Of a DNA stretch of 64,000 nucleotides, positions 12,765-28,469 are shown piece by piece. Below the pieces are notes generated by a model. The model searched no databases, was not told where the DNA came from, and saw only the letters and a program-made list of their open reading frames with translations. Made by a program: the position numbers and the translations under genes. Each line of letters starts with the position of its first letter. Position 1 is the stretch's first letter. Where the stretch lies: assembly GCA_951406725.2 (NCBI GenBank), contig OX597823.1, positions 114,204,001 through 114,268,000 of the forward strand, written 5' to 3'. The stretch is from Octopus vulgaris. Taxonomy: Eukaryota.

Positions 12765-12925
12765 TACAGGCTTCCTTCAATTTCCGTGTAACAAATCCAC
12801 TCATAAATCTTTATTCGGCCCGAGGCTGTAGTAAAAACACTTGCCCAAGGTACCATACAGTGGAACTGAAACCGGGCCCATGTGTTTAGGAACCAAGTTG
12901 CTAAATAAACAGCCACGTCTTTGCC
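12765..12925 (-). mobile_element. SINE family B 5' half (tRNA head plus CORE-like ccttgggcaagtg)
   Basis: Matches the family B copies at 41428 and 54705. Confidence 0.75.
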
Positions 12926-13074
12926 CACAAATTTATTCAAAAGTAGATTGTCAGTAGATCATATATCCGCAAACGAAGCACGCCCTAAGCGGTGAGCCGT
13001 CTATAAGTCTTTATGAATGCGTAACTATTGGTCACTCTATGACCGGTCATATAATCAACTTCATATATGTATAC

Positions 13075-13154
<80 letters not shown>

Positions 13155-13378
13155 CCATATTGATGTGGTCATATGAAAGTATAAATATTCGAGGGAACGT
13201 GGAATAATTCATTTTGGAAAATCTTGAAACACATAGTGATTTATGAATAACAGAATGTGAATATTGGGTTGGAAATCCCTTTTCGATAGAAACTGTGGTA
13301 GGTAGCCTTGTTTATAGCTTTATGTGTGTGCTTCAATATGTTGCGGAAAGAAACATATCATATATGTGTTTATGTGAC

Positions 13379-13460
<82 letters not shown>

Positions 13461-13565
13461 TAGCGATAGCTAAATAGATATATCGATAGATAGATAGATA
13501 GGTAGATAGATAGATAAATAGATAGATAGATAGATAGAGATAGATAGATAGATAGATAGATAGAC

Positions 13566-13605
<40 letters not shown>
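13379..13605. repeat. (TAGA)n microsatellite
   Basis: Directly visible. Confidence 0.97.
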
Positions 13606-14323
13606 GCATACATACATACATACATACACTTAGCGATACAAGCGGGAGAAATACAAAACAGTGTACAAGGAAAAGAATACTATTTATTCATTGTGTAGCT
13701 TTACAGCAAATATGCGTATGTGTGTGTATTTTTATACATACAAGCGCAAAAACAGATACACATGCACTCACACACACACACATATGCAAAAATATGCGTA
13801 AGTATATATAAATACATACCGACATACATAAGAATGTATCCACCATGATAGCAGAGGTGACTTGAATCTTCGAATCTGGAAAATTCAAATGAAACCTCAT
13901 AAATCCAATTATTGTATCGTAAATCTGCGAGAAGACACGTTCTGTGAAACCGCACAACATGTTATTGCAATGATGAAATTAGAGGAGAAAGCCTAGGTTC
14001 ACCTCGCTACTTGCCGTCCGTCGCACAGAAATTCAATCAGTTAATCATATTGTCCTCACATCTCGCTGTCTTTAAACGTGATGAGAATCTCAGAACGAAG
14101 ACATTATATCATCTGTGAAATGTGGTTTTATGACCTGTGGCATCAGTAATCCGTAAGCATTCGTTGGAAGTGTACAAATGTACACACCAAGACATGGACA
14201 GCTTTTGAGTCGCGTACAAGCTACAACGATTATGGTATACACTGTGCGTGAGTACGCACACATACGTATATATATATAATATAATATATGTATACGCATG
14301 ATATAACATACATAATTTTTGTA

Positions 14324-14366
<43 letters not shown>

Positions 14367-14569
14367 CGTGTGTGTGTGTGTATTCATGTATGTATATATG
14401 TGTGTATATATATGATTCGGTAAATAGACTTTGTTACAGCCTATGTTGTTTCATTCTTGAGTTACTAGCAAACACATCCAAAATTGGACCACTGTTGTTC
14501 ATAATAAAGTTTAGAAATTGAAAAACTTTGATCGGATTTCGAATTACTAGTTATTGCTATATTATTATT

Positions 14570-14637
14570 CTCATCATCATCATCATCATCATCCTTCCCC
14601 TCCTTCTCGTCCTCCTCCTCATCATCATCATCATCAA

Positions 14638-14706
<69 letters not shown>
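14570..14706. repeat. (CAT)n microsatellite
   Basis: Directly visible. Confidence 0.97.
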
Positions 14707-14924
14707 ATTTTAATTCTGTTTCCATTTCTGGCCAAGTGTCTTCCTTTCACTTAGGGCAAAGAAACCCACTGCATACGTTGGTAGATCAGTAAAATAAACA
14801 CCAGATTCTTCATTTACAAATTTATGTGATAGAGAAAAGGGGTAAGAAAAACAGGGACAAAAAGGAAAAGTAAGAAATAAAAAACAAACAAACAAAATAA
14901 AGTGGAAAAGAAAGGAGAGTATAT

Positions 14925-15030
14925 TCAGAGCGAGCTTGCTCTCCTTAGTATGTGTGACGCACCAGTTAACACAACCTTTTGCACCTCTTGAAATGATGGT
15001 AAGCCAGGGATCATTAGTAAATAATTTTCA
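14925..15030 (-). mobile_element. 3' end of a restriction-like endonuclease (REL) LINE, R4/NeSL-like
   Basis: Translation IPGLPSFQEVQKVVLTGASHILRR resembles the Q-K-x-x-L-x-G-T-x-H-I-L-R-K C-terminus of REL LINEs. Confidence 0.6.
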
Positions 15031-16975
15031 GGGTGGTTAAGGAGAGAGGCATGGGTGTGGCCCTGATCAATCGAAAGCTGTTTTAGGGTCGACCGCCAAC
15101 ACCAAAAGGATGTTCTCGCGGTAGCGGGTTTCGGTCCCGTTTTCAGAGGCTGAATCGCTGCAACGTGCAGCGACATCTTATCAGAATCCTTTTGCATCAC
15201 TCGTTCGGTCCGTCAAAGATGCCCAATCTCGCTTCTTCAGTACTCACTGGCTCTTGAGTCATTGCTCCGGAAGCTGAATGTTTCGAGGAGCATCCAGCGT
15301 GATCTAAGATGCGATAGGTTTGTGTCGGCTTATGAGGACGACGTCACCATAATCGTGTCGGTCATCTCGGAAAATAAGATGTCCGGCACTGCTCTAAGGG
15401 AGAACGAAGCGGTGACGGGAACAAATAATAACCAGTAGTCGGTGGGTCTGCAGCTCGGCACCTGAGGGTCAGGTATATGCCAACCGACAACATTGTAGGG
15501 CGCTGGACGGAAGGACCATTTAAATTGCTCATGTTCTGGTTTAGCCTGGACGTCGAGGTGGATAAGCACTGGGGGTGACGAGCAGGATGGCCTATGTCAC
15601 CGGGAAATACGCAGAGCAGAAGCTGTCTCTGAAGAGTCAGGTAGAGATGGCTAATGCGTACATCACTTCCGTCGTCAATCGCCTGACCGTCGTTCTTGCC
15701 CCACTTCGTGCCTGATATAACTGGAGCACTTGTCCTTCCGCTCTCTGTGGAAGGGACGTGTCCCGTTCGTCACACGATCCATCTGCTGTCAACAGCTCCT
15801 GAGTGGAGGACTATTCATTCCGTGGCTCATGATGCGCAGACATGCGCTGAGGCTGCAACATTTCCAGCGTTTTCTTAACCGTGTGCAGGTGTGGCCGCTG
15901 TGTGTGAAACGGAATTTTCCGTAGCTCGTCTCATTGATGGAGCTACAGTCCTGGACGAAGAGTAGACCAAGAGAGAGCGCTGGGAACCTGGTGTGTCAGC
16001 AAGTGCTCACAGCTTCCTGCCAGTCGGGCAACACGGTCGGTGAAAATTCAACTATGGAGTTCTATAGAGGATTAGTGGCAGGCAAGAGCGACGAAATTTT
16101 CAGGGTAATCCTGACCGTCGAGAGAGATCAATCAACTGATCTTGTCCAGAGGACATTCGGGCCAGGGCCTATAAGTAATATCCAGAAATATCTGGCCTGA
16201 CAGTACTACTGAAGGTTTCTGCCAATTCGTTACAAACTCTACAGACACGGACGCGTTGTCAGACGGACCTATCCGAGGTATGCGCAGGGCGATGAATCCG
16301 TCCTGAATGCACCCGTCCAGTGCCCGTGCATTACTGACATGCAGAGCTTTGTCGAACAGCTTTTATCGTGTGTAGGATGGGTCCGGTTATCCGCCGAATC
16401 CATCGCGAGGATCGCCCCACCGCCTTCTTTTGGCCAGAAGGGAGAGTTTTTTTCTGCCTGGTAGCTATAGCGAAAGAGGTAGTGTGGTGGACGAGGCTGA
16501 AAGGACTGAAGGCAGTCACTTACCTCATCGATCAAGACCTCATCGACCAAGTTCTCATCAACCAAGCCCTCATCGACTTTTTGGAATTCCATTTGAAATG
16601 GAAAATGTGGGTGAAGAAGGGAGTACTGCCTCGTCCAGTACTTCTGTTGAAGGGTGGATTAATGTTCCGAAAATAGCTCGTGTGAATTGGCGTACTCTGA
16701 ATATTCGCCTGTAGGTCGGAGTAGTTGAGGGTAACAGGGGTGCCTACATCGGGTGACGCTAGCAGCTTGGGTAACCAGGATGAGTGGAGCGCCCTGGCTG
16801 GCCCCGGTTAGAACTCTCCCCTACTGGGGAATTTTGCTTTTAAATTTTTTTGTTAGCTGTCTTTGTATTTTATTATTGACACGATTTCAATTTTAAACCC
16901 CACTTGTCTCTCTTTTTTAAATTTTATATTGTCCCTATGTTTTTATGTTCAACCCCTGTGGCCAATCAGACAGGA
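15030..16975 (+). mobile_element. Decayed, 5'-truncated L1/Tx1-clade LINE (RT domain, Cys-rich C-terminus, 3' UTR)
   Basis: Plus-strand motifs FCITRSVRQRCPISLLQYSLALESLLRKL (RQGCPLSP-like) and SAYEDDVTII (YADD-like), then a DESVLNAPVQCP zinc-knuckle remnant. Many stops and frameshifts. Confidence 0.85.
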
Positions 16976-16983
16976 CTATTATC

Positions 16984-17014
<31 letters not shown>

Positions 17015-17039
17015 TTGCTGCTGCTTCTGTTGTTGTTGT

Positions 17040-17500
17040 TGGAGCTCCTGGAATCTTGCATACGTAGCGGGCTTACTACCTGCAGCCTACGGTACCATGC
17101 TATTCGCTCTTTTCAGCTATATAATACTTCTCTGATTGTGCTGTTCATGCAACGGATGCAAATCTTTTGTAACAGTTCTACTGGGTACTCTATTCCAATT
17201 TCTTTTATATTCCACTTGATGCCTTCAGTTACTGTTCCCAAGGACCCAACAATAATTGGCACCTTCTTCATTTTCCACAGCCAGGAAATTTTGCACTTAA
17301 GTCATCTATCAAGACACAATAAGGATCTTAGACAGATAATACTTTTCTTAACATGTGCACAGTGTCCAATAAGGCTGCTTTTTGCAACACATCAATCTTG
17401 CATAGGATTTCCAGTTGCCTTAAGAAAGTCTTGAAATTTCAATCGGATTGAGCCCAACGCTCCGATCACGAAAACGTTAATATTTCCAACTTCTGCGAAT
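17040..17500 (-). mobile_element. Two adjacent 3' ends of REL-type LINEs
   Basis: Minus-strand WLWKMKKVPIIVGSLGTV...LLQK (about 17040-17300) and VIGALGSI...LQKAALLGTVHMLRKVL-like (about 17300-17500). Confidence 0.65.
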
Positions 17501-17662
17501 ATCTATCCTTTCCTTTCTTCCTAAGTATTCAAAATGTAAACCTCCTTTTAATTGCGGAAACACTAGTCTTTTCTGATCGGACATGGAAACGAACATCTCT
17601 AGAAAATTTTAATACTTTTGTATCCACAATTTTTTGTGAAAGTTTCATCCTCCTTTTCTCCC

Positions 17663-17681
17663 TGATTATTATTATTATTAT

Positions 17682-17776
<95 letters not shown>

Positions 17777-17780
17777 GTAG
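17663..17780. repeat. (ATT)n/(TAG)n microsatellite
   Basis: Directly visible. Confidence 0.95.
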
Positions 17781-18059
17781 GCACTGGGGGCGATGATATC
17801 GACTTGATCTAAAATTGCTGGCCTTGAACTAAAACTTGAAACCATTTTTATTATTAATTTATGCGTTTCAATAATGGCGTCAGGGCACAAAAATTCGCTC
17901 CTTGTATCGCCTCTTGGATAATATGTACTTGTATATTTTCACCCGACCACATAATACCATATATCGGTACTTTAACTCTGACAATCTTCCTGTCATTTGT
18001 TACAATATTTACACCTGGCTAGTAATTACAAACCAGATCTCAGCGATGTCACAAATTAC

Positions 18060-18650
18060 TTTTAAAGATGGCCTTATTGATTTTTCGTCATATTTATTAC
18101 TGGATTTGTCTAAGAGAGCAAATTCTATAGATTTATGAGAGAGTCGTATAGAATGTTTTGCACTAGCGTAATTGTTAGAGTCAGATCGGATATCTTGCGG
18201 CTACGTGCATCTCCAGTTCAATTTTCTTTCTTGTAAAGGAAAACTTCTGTCAGGAGACAGTGAAAAACAGTCAACCACTAAAATGGATATCCTGTCCATT
18301 TATGAAGAAACAATAAAGAAAATACCTGCTGAAAGGTTTTTGCCCAATTGTATTTTTTCAAAACAAGATAGAGTGCCATATTATGTAATCTCAAGCACGA
18401 TGTTGAAAATGTTATACCGCACATCAGGAAGAGCTGCCTACAAATGGAACTTTTGAAACAAAAGCTTTGTTATTCTATCTCACTCGTCTCATAGCTTCAA
18501 GAGGCCGACCACTTCTTTCTGTTACATAATGCAATCATTAGATTTCTATTTGTCTGTGTGCACTATATCCGAAGATTATCTGTTGCAACTCATATTTTCA
18601 AAAGATGTTATTGATCTGGTACTTAAATTACTATCATTAAGACAGACGGA
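18060..18650 (+). mobile_element. Possible heavily decayed hAT transposase C-terminus
   Basis: Faint pattern (FLPN...SF.R...KDVID) resembling the hAT dimerisation domain. Weak. Confidence 0.25.
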
Positions 18651-19144
18651 GATACATAAATTCTAAAAAGCAAGCCTGTATGTGTGTGTATCTCTGTGTG
18701 TTATTGCGCTCGTTTGAGTGTGTTGCTTTGTTGCTGCTTTTTGCCAAGAGCAGCCCTCGGCCATACTATTCTCTGCAGATATGTCAATATTTTATAAATA
18801 AAAGTGAATAGATTTTGCAGCATAATATTTTTATCACTCCACAATTTAACCGTATGATTGTTTTGGTGGGCGTTCCTCGTGAAGTACTTTAAAATGATAT
18901 GAAAGAAAATGTTCTTAACATAGATTGTTTTAGTTTGCAGCAAACTTTAGTTTGCAGCAAACTTTCAATGCTGAATACTTCATTTATGAAAATAACTTTC
19001 AAAAAATTTATACAGTTAAAAATTGCTAGAAAACTGCTTCGAAGACTGATTAAAGGAAAAACGATGTTCGGACAGATTAGCTGTTTAGAAAAACGACATG
19101 AACTCGAAGAAGAAGAATATCAGTCATGATGATGATATTGTTAT

Positions 19145-19208
19145 TAATAATAATCATAATAATAACGATAATAATAATAATAGTAATACTAATAATAATA
19201 ATGAAAAT

Positions 19209-19290
<82 letters not shown>

Positions 19291-19780
19291 GCCCCAATGC
19301 AGTTCAGGGCAGTAGCTCTCGTGGCTTCTGGTCTTAACTGACTGGAAGTGTTATCATGTATACTGTTTTGTCTTGGTATAAAAGACGGGCTACAGCAAAT
19401 ATTCTGCTCAATACCACAGATTTGCTTGTCAGTTGCTTGACCTTAACCAGTTGACTATGTCCCTTGGTGGTTGACGATATGTGCATCTCTGATCACGAGC
19501 AGAAGTAGTGGGGGAGCATCATAGCCATGTGTTGAGAGGGTTTGAATAATTCACCTCTGGAAACATGGGTGGTTCGTTCAACAACCTTAAACAACCCTTA
19601 TTCAGGGACCTTTTGAGCGGGATGGGTTACTCGACCAGAAGAAAATTCTAACTGGGCCCCACCCGCAATGTGATGTGCTGTTTATCTTTATATGAAATCA
19701 CCATGTCGCGCACATATGGTTGTGCTGCATGTGCCTAGTGTACCCTTATTAGACGGGTAGTCATGATGGGTACACTGGAG
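19145..19780 (-). repeat. Interspersed repeat ending in an (ATT)n tail
   Basis: A GC-richer block of about 490 bp (19290-19780) abuts a long (AAT)n tract, as expected for a retroposon 3' end. Family not assigned. Confidence 0.45.
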
Positions 19781-20092
19781 ACAAAAAAATTAAAACTGAA
19801 CGCAAAGTGCAAACCAATGAATATATACTAGCATGCGATCATACATACAGCACTGAATATTCCCTAGCAAGGGTGAAGTGAAAATGTTAACGCTTGAAGA
19901 TCGCAGTGGCATGAAACTCGTGTCGCTAAAAAACAATCTGTTCCAATGAGGCCTACGCTGTACACCATATATGTTACACTTCGTTGTCTCCTTTCTTCGA
20001 AATACAACACTCTCGTGTAAATACATACACGCGCGTGCACACGCACACACGCATATATACTTTCATATATATGCCTAAGTTTGCGTGTGTAT

Positions 20093-20139
<47 letters not shown>

Positions 20140-20602
20140 TTAAATATACACATATATATGTATACACATGTATATACATACAGATATATACATATACACA
20201 CACATACATATGAACGTACATATGTATATATTTTTGCTTTCGTAGACGTTCGTTCGTGCGTTTAAATGATTTAGTTTTATTAGAAAAAATATATGTTTGT
20301 GTTGTTCATTTATTTTATTCAGGAAGTGTGTCGTCTGTTTGAATGATGCAATTTGAAAAGAAAAGTAAAATAAAAATGAACATGGAAAAGATTGTTGCTT
20401 TGATATTAAATCTCATTTCCTGGGGTAAAATTTGAACATCTCACAAAGGGAATTTATATATTCTTTAGTATATTGGAAAAACTATCAAAGTGTTGTGATG
20501 CAATAAGAAATCATTTATATCTAATCGAGGAAGAAAAGTGCATCTTTTAGTTTGTATATTTTAAGGTTCTTTTTCTTCCTAATCGATAAATGAACACGAT
20601 GC

Positions 20603-20646
<44 letters not shown>

Positions 20647-21228
20647 GAATTTTCTTTCAAGCATTCTATCATTGGGGTTGTTATGCGAATTCTGTAAACC
20701 AAGGAATTGAATAGCATTTTCCTTTTACCATTTTCTTATGTTTATATTTCTAAGTTCAAATCGCGTTGAGGCCAAAACACCCATCCATTTTGGTAATATA
20801 GCTACCAGTTGTATACTCAGTCAGTGTTGATTAAGCTTTCTTCAGTCTGTATGTATTGAGAAGCTGTGCTTATATTAATAAATTTTATACGTATTATTAT
20901 CGAAATGGCAACACGTTCCAGAGAGGAATGAATGACGATTAATATTAGAATTATTTACACGTTGAAATATTTTCCAAAGGTATATAGAATATACATTCTC
21001 TGTAATCTGTGTGTGCATAAAATATTATTCATCTACTTAGGTCCATACAACTTTATAAATCATTTTTTCCAAAAACTTTTAAGAATGCATCCAAGTTGTA
21101 ATTGCTAGGCTGATTTTACAAATTATTTAATATATACTGAATTTATTATTTTATTATTATCCATTATTTTACAGAAATTATTGCAGTGATATACCGGCTG
21201 TCCCGCCTGAAACCATAGTAGGTAATGA

Positions 21229-21229
<1 letters not shown>

Positions 21230-21311
<82 letters not shown>

Positions 21312-21328
21312 TGATGATGATTATGGTA

Positions 21329-21424
<96 letters not shown>
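21230..21424. repeat. Compound (AAT)(GAT)(CAG)(TAG) microsatellite
   Basis: Directly visible. Confidence 0.95.
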
Positions 21425-21429
21425 CCTTC

Positions 21430-22010
21430 TTATATTGGCCACAAAAATAAATAAGGACAATGCAAAACAATGGACAAACGTGATTCAACACAAAAATCGA
21501 CTAAACAATAAAATAACAATGACAATTAACAAGAAAAGTCTAACAACTCAAGTCCCCAATAGGCGTAAAATCCACCCAGGGTCGCCCAAGACACGACACA
21601 CTATGTGGTCATCCCGAAGGCCAAAAGAACCTCGGCCAAGCACCTCTCTTCTTCACCGCTCCGGACTACAAGAGAATGGTCAGGGGCTCTATTTGATGTC
21701 AGCACGCACTAAATTGAGGGCTGGGCATGCCGTGCCTACTGATGCGCAGATGCGTACTGAGGCTGCGACGTCTCCAGTGCTTTGAGACTGTGAGCAGTCG
21801 TGCTAACCGTTTCTCATATTAGATTTTCCACAGCTCGTCTCTTTATCTGACCTGCAGTTCAAGATCTAGCGTAGACCAAAGCGAGGAGCATGACACCAAG
21901 GGTAACGTCAGGAGCTCACAGGCCTCTCTCAATTGAGCAATACCAGTCGGTATAAGTTCTATAGAGTGTTAGTGGCCGGAAAATTAGATGTCATTCTTGG
22001 GGTCACTCTG
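21430..22010. mobile_element. L1/Tx1 LINE fragment with internal inversion
   Basis: 21690-22010 (+) is homologous to about 15790-16115. 21430-21680 (-) resembles the 3' UTR ending tgtggccaat. Confidence 0.6.
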
Positions 22011-22830
22011 AACCATACTATGTTATTTTAATAGTAATTCTTTTTCAGTAATTTTTAAGGAGGATATTTGCATTTATGCATGGAGTGTAGTGTTTTACAG
22101 TATTCTTTTCAACGTTTAGGTTCTCAGTTATTTCCTGCCCTATTTAGGTTTTTATTTTTATTTTTATTTAAGGCGCTACAATTTTCATTGTGGTGTTGTT
22201 TTGTTTATGGCCTTCTTTTTATTCGATTATCTTTAAATTTTATTGGTTCGCTATTGTTTCTATCCTTGTTATAGGTGTTTGGCTTATTTATGCTTTCTAT
22301 AAGTTTCTTGGTGTTTATTTTTATTATTATGTATCCATCTGTAATCATTTTATCTTTATGTTTATTTTCCTCTATTTTAATCTCAAAATTGTGAATTCCG
22401 TTTTATGTATAGTTCTTATTAGAATTTATGCCTGGTTCGAAGTATTTTAATTTTTATTCGTATGATGCTTTATGCGTATAATTCTTGTTATTAAAGTTAT
22501 CCTTTGGTCCATAGTATTTTAATTTTTGCTTATATCCTGCTTTACGTAGTACTAAGTTATAATAGTCCACATTGTGTTTAAAAACTTCTCCATTTGTGTA
22601 GAGATTTGAAATCTTTTTTATATATATTTTCACCTAATCTATGTGTAATGCTTCTTGGGTGGTCACTACTTACGTTAAAGTATCTTAAGTTGGTATTTGG
22701 CTTCTGGCAGGGCTTATGTATCCCTGTTTCTAGATTAAGATGAATATCCAAGAATTTGACGCAATTGTATTTCTTTTCTATTGCCGTCTCTATCCTAAAG
22801 AGATTTTAACCTTTTAGATTCATAATGCAA
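22010..22830 (-). mobile_element. Penelope-like element, RT thumb remnant
   Basis: Minus-strand VKFLDIHLNLETGIHKPCQKPNTNLRYFNVSSDHPRSI...YYNLVLRKAGY matches the Penelope FLD...KP...S.HP pattern. Confidence 0.8.
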
Positions 22831-23382
22831 TTTAATTGTAAAATATGAATGAAATAGGAATTGAAACATGCGTAGGCGACATGAAAGTCACTATTATGTA
22901 AATTAATTGATTATTTTCTGTGTTCATACTCTCCATTTTCCATAAATTATATATATATGTGTGTGTGTGTCTGTGTGTGTCTGTGTGTATACAGAAATAT
23001 ATATAGAGAGAGAGATTAGCTGCATTATTCATTTGAATCTAGGTACATCAACATGCCGATACAATAACATAGGTTACAACAGACAAGTATAATGTGTTGG
23101 TAGGATACTGTAGATATGTGAATAACAAATCCAATTTAACCATAGATCCAATTCAGCTTGGTTTTATGCGCGGCGTAGGCGTAAAAATAGTCACAAATGC
23201 AGTTTAAAATTTCTTGCAGGCGTTTCGGCAGAACTTTATTGATGTATTTGTAGATTACATCTAAGCATCTAAGCCTAAATCCATCACGTTCAGGTGAAAT
23301 CTTAAAAAGATATAAACAGGTGAAGTGAAATCTTGATGAAGACATAAAGAACAAGTTCAACATGCATCAATAATTTCCATTA

Positions 23383-23444
<62 letters not shown>

Positions 23445-23605
23445 TATATGAAAGAATGGAGTTGAACGACTAGTTAACAAATATCCTTTATTCTCGACAT
23501 ATGCCCTAGGGACGTAGCTTCAACCGTGTTCTTTCTGATGTGAATTTGCTACCCAGGTATCGGTTATCTTTCGAATTATCCTTAATAAGATAATTCATTC
23601 AATTA

Positions 23606-23702
<97 letters not shown>

Positions 23703-23704
23703 AT

Positions 23705-24001
23705 GGAGTCGCAATGGCCCAGTGGTTAGGGCAGCGGACTAGCGGTCGCAAGATCGCGGTTTCGATTCCCAGACCGGGCATTGTGAGTGTTTATTGAGCG
23801 AAAACACCTACAAGCTCCACGAGCCTCCGGCAGGGGGTGGTGATCCCTGCTGTACTCTTTCACCACTCTTTCTCTCACTCTTTCTTCTGTTGGCCTGCTC
23901 GCTTAGCCAGTGGGGTGGCGTCATTCGAAGGTTAAAACAATGTGAACGCATTGTGACCAGCGATGTGTAACAACATCTGATGGTCTGGTCGGTCACGTGA
24001 T

Positions 24002-24009
<8 letters not shown>
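23705..24009 (+). mobile_element. SINE family C, full length
   Basis: tRNA head with A box tggcccagtgg and B box ggtttcgattccc; ends ggtcacgtgatcacgtga between microsatellites. Confidence 0.88.
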
Positions 24010-26050
<2,041 letters not shown>

Positions 26051-28238
26051 AAATTTCGCATTTGAGAAAAAAATCATGGCTGTTTATGCAAGTAATTAGA
26101 GTATATACCAAATTCCATAATGCTCCTTTTTAATGTAGAGTTGCTCAGGAAAGCTCTTGGACGCTTGGTGTTTAATAGACTCTCTATTCTCTTGAATGGA
26201 TATTAACAATATTAAAACAGTGTTAAGACTTACAATATTTTCTTTTTCCTTCATTCTTTTTGCTTTCGGTAGAAGCGGTTGTATGTACAAATATATAAGT
26301 ATAGTATAAATAATTACATGTATGTATAAGTATGTATGCTTGAACATATGCGCGTACGCATGTATGCATATACGATTTCATATATGTATGCGTGAGTGGG
26401 CGTAACTATTATTCTGCTCCTCTTGTTGCCAGCAAACTAAATAGAAACAAAATATCATTGTAAACAGATTGTCATCAGAGGAACTAAATTTATTACAAAA
26501 GTCTATTTCTGTTTGATAATGTACTCTGATTTAGGAGAAGAACAGAGGTGAAAAAGAGTCGATAAAACGGTAAAATGGCATCGATAAAATACGTAAATGG
26601 AAAGTAATTGCTTTTGAAATGGAAAATATATTCCAAGAATCATACTTGATCTTGGAATAAAACTCTACATGATTTTGAACTCAGTGGCCTTTTGTTGTAT
26701 CGAATGGCAAGTTAGCATGTGATTAGCGAATACACTCTATCGATATAAAAGTCGCGAACATTATTATTTCTGATTTTCAGGGCATAAACTGTCGATAGGG
26801 AATAAGTTAAAATCAGTGCAAATATATATATAAATATAGATTGGAGGCAAATTTATTTGTTTGAACCACAATCGTTTTACTGTTATTCTTTAATTTCTCT
26901 CTCTGGTTCTCTGCCTCTCCCTCACTCACCCTCTTTCTCTTTCGTCCCCCCCCACCTCTCTCTTACTCTCCCTTTATTCTCTTCTATATTTCATTGCTGC
27001 CATTTGTGTTGCTATTTCTGCTACCACTGTGATTACTATTACTCTTACTATTATTATTTCTACTTTTAGTATTGTTACAGCTAATGTATTAATATATATA
27101 TCCTACGTGTTTGTTGGTTTTCTGCAGTTTGTTTGTGGTTTGGTAGAAATCGTTAGAAAAACAAACACAGTTATACAACCGACGAGGTGTTTCGGTACAT
27201 TCCAACAATATTTACTCATGTTTATTTATTTGTTTTTATATTGCAATCTCCTAAGAAATATGTAATCTGGAGTGAAGTAAGTATAAGAATTACAGAGAAA
27301 TACAAACGTATAAGCAGAGATTGAGAGACTGGAATGAGTTCGATTGCCTTAAGTCACTCTCGCGGATTATTGCTATGTATTAAGGTAATATCCCAGAGAT
27401 ATTATTCTTTTCTTAATGACATGTGATTGAAATTTTTGTATCTTATGGAAATATATTTGAGAAAAAAATTATTGAATCTCAAAATATATCATCGAGACAT
27501 ACAAATATATTACTATATGAGAGCACTATATGAACGTAGTATTATCACGATGTATTTCATAGTATTATCATAGAAGTATCAAAAAATATCGATTTACTTT
27601 CGTTTAATATTTACCACATCATTCAGATATCGCTGTTACTTACATATTGTCCATATAATATTACATCTGAAGCGGATACAAGTGAGGTATCTTTATATGT
27701 TACAGAAATATCTTTGAGATTTTATAGTTTATTAATGATGTGTCATAGAGTTTTTACTAGGTTTTAATATATATCGCAGAGATATTATGGTATGTTTATG
27801 GAATATCTTTAGTATACTACTATAATTTACGCGTATATCATTAACATATCTGTGTCGATTCTATAACCAGGAGGGCCTGTGGGTCTGAAATCAGTTCTTT
27901 TGAGCACAAAACTAATTGGGCCGTTATGTTGGTAAAGATTGAAATAGAATTAGCGTTAAATCACGAATATAAGGTGAAATAAATTCTATTTAGATATACA
28001 GTAATTTCACTGTGAACGAAACTCCGTCGCTCCTACTTTAATGTTACGTGTTAGCAACACATTGGATAGCACTATTTAAGAGCTAAGTTTTATCCAGAGA
28101 AATAAGGTAGGGATTTATTAGGATCCAAAAAATAATTCAGCTACTACCAGAATTTCTTGGTGATATCAACAGTGGAAAACCAGTTACGTGGGCGTGCTTT
28201 GTGGGGTCAGACATCTCAACTCCAAATCGCACAATACC

Positions 28239-28469
28239 TATTTCTTTACTACCCACAAGGGGCTAAACACAGAGGGGACAAACAAGGACAGACAAACGGA
28301 TTAAGTCGATTACATCGACCCCAGTGCGTAACTGGTACTTAATTTATCGACCCCGAAAGAAGGAAAGGCAAAGTCGACCTCGGCGGAATTTGAACTCAGA
28401 ACGTAACGGCAGACGAAATACGGCAACGCATTTCGCCCGGCGTGCTAACGAATCTGCCAGCTCGCCACC
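28239..28469 (-). mobile_element. SINE family A, full length with TSD
   Basis: Near-consensus copy flanked by aaatcgcacaatacc / aaatcacacaatccc. Confidence 0.92.

Noticed and set aside
14465-14754. Poly-Asp, poly-His and poly-Ile ORFs
   Set aside because: (CAT)n microsatellite read in different frames; no splice or homology support.
16522-16577. Short spaced repeats (CRISPR-like)
   Set aside because: A simple 15-bp tandem duplication inside a LINE with no unique spacers, in eukaryotic DNA.
23705-23780. tRNA gene
   Set aside because: tRNA-like A and B boxes continue into a SINE body found elsewhere in the window; not a standalone tRNA.
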